Source: Diplonema japonicum (Eukaryota > Protista > Euglenozoa: Diplonemea). Taken from it: a DNA stretch of 64,000 nt. The stretch is taken from the NCBI GenBank assembly GCA_964019335.1, contig OZ025711.1, positions 1 through 64,000 on the forward strand. Reading direction: 5' to 3'. Under the pieces are notes generated by a model that was not told the DNA's origin, did no database searches, and saw nothing but the letters and a program-made list of their open reading frames with translations. Shown here piece after piece: positions 57,673-64,000 of the stretch. Made by a program: the position numbers and the translations under genes. Position 1 is the stretch's first letter, and the number at the start of each line of letters is the position of its first letter.

Positions 57673-60600
57673 CTAAAAGATTAACAGAAGTGTAAATGCA
57701 ATACTGATTGAAAGGGTCCAAGATGGAAGCACTGTAGATGCAGAGTCCAAAGGAGAGGTATCGTAGACAGGAGTAACATTACCGACAGGGTACGGAATTG
57801 GCGTACTCCACAAAGGTGGAGATGTGGGGTGCGAAGAGGGAACTGAGGTGACCAAGGGAGCAGTAGTTGAGGGAACAGAAGTTGAGGGAACGGTGGTGGG
57901 AAGGGACACAGGAGCGGTATCAATAGTTAAGTTCAACGCCTCATGTGCAGAAAGGGAAACACCGACAGAAAACAAAACAGATTCCATGCTGTGCAGGTCG
58001 GCATAGACCCTGGCCCCAAAGTCATCGATGAAAGACTCGGTGTCCGTCATAACAAAGAGAACGACTTCAAAGCTCGCCACAACCGCAACACGCGACAAAA
58101 GAACCGAAGTTGTAGGCGTTTCCCTGGCAGTGATACATTCCGTGGTTTGCTGTGAAACTCGAGAAACGGCGCAGATGTCACCCACGGTGACGTGCAAAGC
58201 GCCTTTCCCTGCTACTTTAAACAGCGCTTCTTCCAACTGTGTTGTGTTGATACCGTTTGCCACGCTCCGCCAAATGGCTGTTGAGAACGTGCCCATTTCC
58301 GCATTTCCGCGGACCACTGACTGTCCGACCGATGGGCTGCTGGTGTTGTCACCGATGGCCCCCTTCCAAACCCCGTGCTTGTTTGTCTTTCCTTCCTCGA
58401 AGACGACTTCTGCGACTTCGCAGAACGCGCTGGCGCGAAGTTCTGGGAGCTCAACCACACCACGGGTGAGTGGGTGGGCCTGCGGTTCTACAGCTACACC
58501 GTTTCCATCCGCGGGGCTCACTATGATGTTTGGTTTCGACACGCAGTATGCCTCATATGTGATGTTCGAGACAGAGTCACCATAAAGAGGTACCCCATAG
58601 ATATCAAGGACAGCGATTCGAAAGGAACACGCACCGTCCCCGCACTGCTGCGTGATGTTCAAGACCTCCGCTATGCGGAGTGTGATAGTCATTGAATTCG
58701 CGAACCCGACACCCGAGAGAAGGAACCTCACAGCCTCAGTTTGAAGGGGTGTCGGTGGAGGGATGTGAAGATACCCTTCCCATGCACCGGTACTCGCAAC
58801 CACGATCGCCGATGTTTCCCCCCCCGAACCCTCAAAAAGCACCCTCGGCATGCACGTCATTGGGTGTTGCAAACAAGGTACACCTGTGTCGGCCACGCTT
58901 ACGATGAGGTTTCTGGCAGCGTTCCCGTACCTGTCCACCACCTTCAAGCTGTACCACACCCCGTACCCCCATACGTATTCTCCTTCGGACAAAACTTCTA
59001 TCGCCTCTCCCTCTGCGGTGTACTTCACTCTGTGCCATGTACCGTTGTTCGCAGCGATTTCCATGCTGCTGCCTTCTGTACTTAATGTTTTTGCGATCTG
59101 GCCTACCCATACTTCGCCGGTTCCGTTAGTTAGACTGACCCCCATCTTGTGGACTGTGCCATCGCTGGTCCTGACGGACAGTTCTGTCTGTTCATGAACG
59201 GGTGCTGTGTCACCGTTGTCGTCGACGGCGGTGATGAGGATCGCTTCGTCGCCTCCTCTCCTCTTGTGGAAGGCCAGCGTGTAATTATAAACGGGGCCTG
59301 TGGCCAGAACATTCACCGGCAGCAGTGGGTACCCAAGGCCTTCGACGTTTGCCAAACGAACACATGTTCTGTTGAAAGCACCAGTCACTACATATGATTC
59401 TCCAACGACAGCGACCGACGTTGTATTGAAACAGCCCACAGGGAGGAACACAAGAAGTGAGGATAAGGAAGGAGGGATCGCACGGCGTGGGATGGTGCCA
59501 GTCTGATCGTACCCAACAAGGGTGAGGCTGGTGGACTGCCCAGAGACCACCACTAACGGTGCAGGGTGGGTGATCTTCCAAACCGCTTGCAGCGTCTTTG
59601 AGGTGACTATATCAAAGTAAGCCACATGCAGCGTGCTATTCGTGAGCGACATGATGGATACGGAAATGCTGCAGCTGCATGACGATTGGCTCAAGTCTGT
59701 GGTGACTAGATCCAACAGAGCGATGCCTGATTTAATGCTACCAAGTTCATTCATGTGCAGGACAGCACAACTACACGAGCCATCGAGCGCACTACGCATG
59801 CCGTCAAAGTCCCTGCTCAACGCACCACCAGCACCCTTCACTTGTACCTCCACACGGCAGATATCACCTTCCCGCAGCACATCGCATCCAGGCACCACTA
59901 TCACATCTTCGAATGGTACATTCCACGAAACAGTTAGCGGTCCTGGCAGGGTTTTCAGTCCCGCCGTCGCGTCTATTACCACAGGCACCTCAAGGCCCGG
60001 TCCGCTTAGATTCACCATCACCTCCGCGTAGCCCATCACCATGTCTCCATTGGATATCACAAGCGGTGGCTGCACCGTAAGCTTTGTGTTCATTGTGAAG
60101 TCCCTGTCGCCATTCTCATCAGCGGCATACACCATCAACGCCCCTGAAGCGTTCAGCACTCTCAGGTGAGTAGCTTCCGTGTCTATCCGAACAGGCACTC
60201 CAATGTTGTCAAATAATAGCACACACCTGAAACATGCGCGCTCAGACCTGAAGAGTGCCGTGGTTACACCCTCTGTCGACCCGTTCCTCAGCAGCGTGAT
60301 GAGGTCACCAGCACCGTTTCCCACCTGGTTGCCCACAGTAGTATCCGCGGGTATGCTTGTCCAGCTGGGGTGGCCATTGCCATCGACCCTCCACATAGAG
60401 AGGGAGAATGGCCTTCTGCGCCACCTTGTCCTGGGGGCACCGGGAGCGAGGGCCCACTTGGAGGAGCATGTTGTGACCTTCACAGCAAGGGGAACGTGTG
60501 CAGGGCCCATGAGACGGAAGGCCCCAGCCATTCTGTCCTTCCCGTCACCAAGGACCTCGTAATGAATCCACACACTGCACAGACTGCAGGGGCGCGTGTA

Positions 60601-63600
60601 CAGAAAGCGGAGAACAGGGTCCACAGAGGGCCCCACCCGAAGGCGCCCTTGTTTCTCGGGGATCCCCTCCCCGCACGTCCTTCCTTCCGCCCCTCCCCGC
60701 ACAAACCCCCCGTTCCCGTACCGAAGCTCCCTGCTCCCGTCCGAGCCTGTCCCCTCCCATCGGCTCTCCACCTCCACGACCACAGCCACCCCCTCCACCT
60801 TCACAGACCACCGCCTCTCCCCAAAGTGCTGCACCGCCTCCAACCGCACCTCGAACTCTTCTCCTACCCGCACCTCTTGCACCGCCACCACCACACCCGC
60901 TTCCCGCACCCGCTCCCCGACCGAGACCCCAGGGAGCTCCTGCCGCACCACCTCGACCGCCCCCGCCCGCCGCCCCCGAACCGTGAACGGCTTCGTGAAC
61001 TGGATCCGGTTCCCCAACACAGGCCTCCGATCCCTCGCAGTCCACTCCACAGGCTCCTCCAGACACGTCGCACCTGACACACCGCTCGAGTAGCACAGGT
61101 CGAACCGCAGCGTACACTTCTCGCAAGGTGTCATGAAGCTCACCCATGATGTGGAGACACCGTGCACCATTGGTACCATGTTGTCGGTGGATAAGACGAA
61201 ACCAGAAGGGACCAACGTGTAGACTTTCACGTCTCCTCCATGGTTGCACCCCTGGGTTGTGAGGGCCCTGCTAACACGGACCATGGAATTAAAAGTCCAT
61301 GCCTGCTCGTCAGAAGTTGTCTTAACGACAGACTGGAAGGGCGTTGGTGTGCCTACAGTTATCTGGGAATAAGACCACGAGAGACCAGGGATTTCGGGAG
61401 GATAATGACGATAGTGATCATGGGTTGAGGGGTGGGTGGAGGCGAGAGGACACTCTCCGGAGTAAGTAACCTGCTGCAAAATGGTGAAATCTGTGTATTG
61501 CTCTTCGTGCGGGTTCACCCACGAAGCCTGCAGCTGTGTGCTTGCTTTGATGGGGTATGGGGGATCAAGGACCATGAGGATAATGGCCCCCAAGACTGCG
61601 TCAGGGGCGTTGAGCTGCAGCGAAGCCAGCCCCCCGGAGCTTTGTGTTGAGTTCATCACGACACCGTCCAGAGCAATGCCGAAGGGCAGGGTCTCCTCGT
61701 AGTGGAGGTACCACACAGAGGGGTCGGACAGTCTGTATGCCATAGCAGCCTCGAACACGTTGAGAGTTGTTCCGTTGACACACAGTGGAGTCAGCGTGCT
61801 CAGGGATGCGGGCGTGTTGTGCCAGCGTGCCTCGATTTTCCTATCCGCCCAAGGTTCATCGGGTACAATGGAGAGCGTCAGCGTAGTACATATCTCACCA
61901 CCGCACACCATAAAGCTGCCGTCCCGCAGTGGCGACCTGCTGTTCGCAGTGAATAGAAGCTTGGCAGAACCCAGACCCTTATTTGCCAAAGGTGCTGCTG
62001 TGGTGAACATCACCACGGCACTGCCATAGGTGAACGTGTCTCCATTGAACGTGTGAAGAGGTGTCCTGTCCTGCGGAGACGACAGCTGCAGCCCATCTGT
62101 CGACCAGAGCAATGTGTTGCCATCGTACTTCCATGCCAGCTCCGCTCTTGTATTGTCATGCACCGTGAAGTTCCTTGCCACCCCATCAGAAAAGGAGATC
62201 GTCAGCTGTACACCATCTGCAAGCATCGACCTCGTCACCCTGAACCTGCCTGGCTCTACCTCTACGGCAGGGTCTATATCTACGGAAATAGTTGTCCTTT
62301 CGATGAGATGCAGGGGGATGTTGTCCATAGACAACACTGACACGGTTGCAGTGGTGTTGCACCAACCGAGGCCTTCTCCATAAAAAGCGAATGTGACAGT
62401 GTCATTGTGGATAGGTTTGCCAGCTTTGGTGGCTACTAGCTGTATGTTGGACACAGTGCTTTTGCCCTTTGTCACAGGTACCTTGAGCACGGCAAAAACG
62501 CTGCTACCAGCCACTCCATACCCGCTGTCCACCAGCTGGGAAAGGTGCAAGTCCACAACGGCATCCTGCCGAACAAGGATTGTCGGGTTAGGGATGGACA
62601 CGAGGGTGACAAAGAAGGAAAAGAACAGCGACGTTGTCGAAGTGATTGGAAAGATAGCGACCTCCGGTTGGCAGGAAATGCGAACAGGGTCAGAAGTAAG
62701 GTTGAAGGCAAGCTCCCCAGGCCCTGCCCCATTGGTATTAAAAAAATGCGCCACACAACCTGCGCAAGGGCGGTTCGTGCGGAGGGTGAATGTACTGCTG
62801 TAGTATCCAGGCACACAGGGGGCGCTTAGGACACATGCGAAGTCTCTAGTGTCGTCTGGCAGAATGTACACATCGTCGCGTTCCAGAGTGCCGTACACCA
62901 TGCTGTGGGAGTACTCGTCAACGAACCACTCCCCTTCGATTAGGTCCCCTGCCTCTATGGTTACATCGACTCCTTCGTCGATACGCGCCGTCGTTCCAGT
63001 CGGTGCATACGCTCTGATCTGTGTCCCCTCCACTCTGACGGTTGTCGTGACAGTCAATGCGAGTGAGGTTTTCAGCGGCTTTTCCAAAACCCATGTCAGC
63101 AAGCACCCGACGCCCCGAGCGCAACCCCTGTTGTTAAGCATCCTGAACTCCACGTAATAACACCCAGATGCGGGATCGCTGCTGAACGGCGACGAGGCCA
63201 GCACGCCACCGGTGGCGTTCAGTATCGCATTTTGCAAAGGCGCAACACCACGCACGGTCCACTGGCTTAAAATGTCTGGCGGGAAGATGCGGTCACCTGT
63301 GCTCGTGTAGGCTTTGATAACAAAACGGTACATTTTACCCGCTTTAAGATAACTCACATCAAGTGCAGGAGTCCATGTGGTGGAGCCGCCTCCATCAGGG
63401 ACGGGGACATAACTGTCGAAGACAGCATGGGATAAGTCTCTGCGGGCAACAGCTATGCTGAAGTTCATCGTCAGACCACTGAAAGCAACGCTGAGGGAAA
63501 CACGCGACTCGTCATAACCTACATTCAACCGGGGAACTAGGATGTACACCACACGCCCACCGACCTCATACGAAGCCTGCAGGAAGGGGAGCACTGTGTT

Positions 63601-64000
63601 GCTTGCAATGCCCATAGATCGTGAAGGCGTGACGATAAGCTCCCCAAGGGGGGCGTACTCCCTCACACCATTCACATATGTCTCTATCAGCACTCTGCAT
63701 TCTGTGTTGTGCACGCACTGCGTTGTTGTCAGCCTCACTTCATTGGGCGGCCTTGTGTCGATGCCCAACCATTGCGGCTTGCTTGAAATCACGGTACCGC
63801 TCGCCAGCACCGTGCGAAAGAGAAACCCACATCCGCCAGATGGGCATCTTGACGTGTACTTGATGTGGTACCGCACGCTGCCGTCTCGTAGGAACTGAGA
63901 GAGCCCTGATGGGTCCCAAGCAAAGTCAGATGAATTGTCGGCATGGCATCCTGTACTTTCTGCTATGTTGCTGATGTCGAAGCTTGTGTCACTTGAAGGC
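57673..64000 (-). CDS. Paralogous giant surface protein, 5'-truncated by the window
   Basis: Frame stays open to 64000. Collinear similarity to the neighbour (SRCPSGGCGF vs TRCPAFGCGV; NNRGCARGVGC vs SNVGCERREGGC); Pro/Thr linker and GPI-like hydrophobic end. Confidence 0.92.
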   Translation of the reverse strand, partial: PSSDTSFDISNIAESTGCHADNSSDFAWDPSGLSQFLRDGSVRYHIKYTSRCPSGGCGFLFRTVLASGTVISSKPQWLGIDTRPPNEVRLTTTQCVHNTECRVLIETYVNGVREYAPLGELIVTPSRSMGIASNTVLPFLQASYEVGGRVVYILVPRLNVGYDESRVSLSVAFSGLTMNFSIAVARRDLSHAVFDSYVPVPDGGGSTTWTPALDVSYLKAGKMYRFVIKAYTSTGDRIFPPDILSQWTVRGVAPLQNAILNATGGVLASSPFSSDPASGCYYVEFRMLNNRGCARGVGCLLTWVLEKPLKTSLALTVTTTVRVEGTQIRAYAPTGTTARIDEGVDVTIEAGDLIEGEWFVDEYSHSMVYGTLERDDVYILPDDTRDFACVLSAPCVPGYYSSTFTLRTNRPCAGCVAHFFNTNGAGPGELAFNLTSDPVRISCQPEVAIFPITSTTSLFFSFFVTLVSIPNPTILVRQDAVVDLHLSQLVDSGYGVAGSSVFAVLKVPVTKGKSTVSNIQLVATKAGKPIHNDTVTFAFYGEGLGWCNTTATVSVLSMDNIPLHLIERTTISVDIDPAVEVEPGRFRVTRSMLADGVQLTISFSDGVARNFTVHDNTRAELAWKYDGNTLLWSTDGLQLSSPQDRTPLHTFNGDTFTYGSAVVMFTTAAPLANKGLGSAKLLFTANSRSPLRDGSFMVCGGEICTTLTLSIVPDEPWADRKIEARWHNTPASLSTLTPLCVNGTTLNVFEAAMAYRLSDPSVWYLHYEETLPFGIALDGVVMNSTQSSGGLASLQLNAPDAVLGAIILMVLDPPYPIKASTQLQASWVNPHEEQYTDFTILQQVTYSGECPLASTHPSTHDHYRHYPPEIPGLSWSYSQITVGTPTPFQSVVKTTSDEQAWTFNSMVRVSRALTTQGCNHGGDVKVYTLVPSGFVLSTDNMVPMVHGVSTSWVSFMTPCEKCTLRFDLCYSSGVSGATCLEEPVEWTARDRRPVLGNRIQFTKPFTVRGRRAGAVEVVRQELPGVSVGERVREAGVVVAVQEVRVGEEFEVRLEAVQHFGERRWSVKVEGVAVVVEVESRWEGTGSDGSRELRYGNGGFVRGGAEGRTCGEGIPEKQGRLRVGPSVDPVLRFLYTRPCSLCSVWIHYEVLGDGKDRMAGAFRLMGPAHVPLAVKVTTCSSKWALAPGAPRTRWRRRPFSLSMWRVDGNGHPSWTSIPADTTVGNQVGNGAGDLITLLRNGSTEGVTTALFRSERACFRCVLLFDNIGVPVRIDTEATHLRVLNASGALMVYAADENGDRDFTMNTKLTVQPPLVISNGDMVMGYAEVMVNLSGPGLEVPVVIDATAGLKTLPGPLTVSWNVPFEDVIVVPGCDVLREGDICRVEVQVKGAGGALSRDFDGMRSALDGSCSCAVLHMNELGSIKSGIALLDLVTTDLSQSSCSCSISVSIMSLTNSTLHVAYFDIVTSKTLQAVWKITHPAPLVVVSGQSTSLTLVGYDQTGTIPRRAIPPSLSSLLVFLPVGCFNTTSVAVVGESYVVTGAFNRTCVRLANVEGLGYPLLPVNVLATGPVYNYTLAFHKRRGGDEAILITAVDDNGDTAPVHEQTELSVRTSDGTVHKMGVSLTNGTGEVWVGQIAKTLSTEGSSMEIAANNGTWHRVKYTAEGEAIEVLSEGEYVWGYGVWYSLKVVDRYGNAARNLIVSVADTGVPCLQHPMTCMPRVLFEGSGGETSAIVVASTGAWEGYLHIPPPTPLQTEAVRFLLSGVGFANSMTITLRIAEVLNITQQCGDGACSFRIAVLDIYGVPLYGDSVSNITYEAYCVSKPNIIVSPADGNGVAVEPQAHPLTRGVVELPELRASAFCEVAEVVFEEGKTNKHGVWKGAIGDNTSSPSVGQSVVRGNAEMGTFSTAIWRSVANGINTTQLEEALFKVAGKGALHVTVGDICAVSRVSQQTTECITARETPTTSVLLSRVAVVASFEVVLFVMTDTESFIDDFGARVYADLHSMESVLFSVGVSLSAHEALNLTIDTAPVSLPTTVPSTSVPSTTAPLVTSVPSSHPTSPPLWSTPIPYPVGNVTPVYDTSPLDSASTVLPSWTLSISIAFTLLLIF
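60358..61161. repeat. 804-bp block duplicated at 46599-47402
   Basis: Matches the block in the neighbouring gene, in the same frame and at the homologous position. Confidence 0.92.

Noticed and set aside
43598-63898. Long plus-strand ORFs overlapping the giant genes (e.g. 45004-46407, 55870-56808)
   Set aside because: Antisense shadows of GC-rich or Thr/Ser-repetitive coding sequence; no independent motifs.

Overview
Eukaryotic genomic DNA, most likely euglenozoan and diplonemid-like (inferred from a single-strand gene cluster, GTRTG 5' splice sites and tandem snoRNA clusters containing snR30). About 22 host genes all lie on the minus strand. They include FYVE, CUE+P-loop, TPR/IQ, GH27, threonine synthase, LysM, RING, PhoD, a C-x2-H zinc-finger repeat protein, a METTL21-like methyltransferase, CCAR1-like, two Alba, PIH1/Kintoun, a FAM20/four-jointed-like kinase and two giant surface proteins. 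Intergenic DNA is a mosaic of long homopolymers. Most cis-introns are 38-70 nt with a poly(A) core in place of a pyrimidine tract. Many start codons are preceded by A-runs. There are two snoRNA arrays (14.0-14.5 kb; 21.5-23.5 kb with three snR30/U17 copies). Several DNA-transposon relics are present: a MULE/foldback inside an intron, a Sola-type MITE, and piggyBac-type elements, one apparently carrying a captured Cys-rich gene. The last 20.5 kb is an intron-free block without the long homopolymers. It encodes two paralogous giant, probably GPI-anchored proteins that are strongly diverged yet share an 804-bp block with no difference I could find. Most short ORFs in the supplied track are homopolymer or antisense artefacts.
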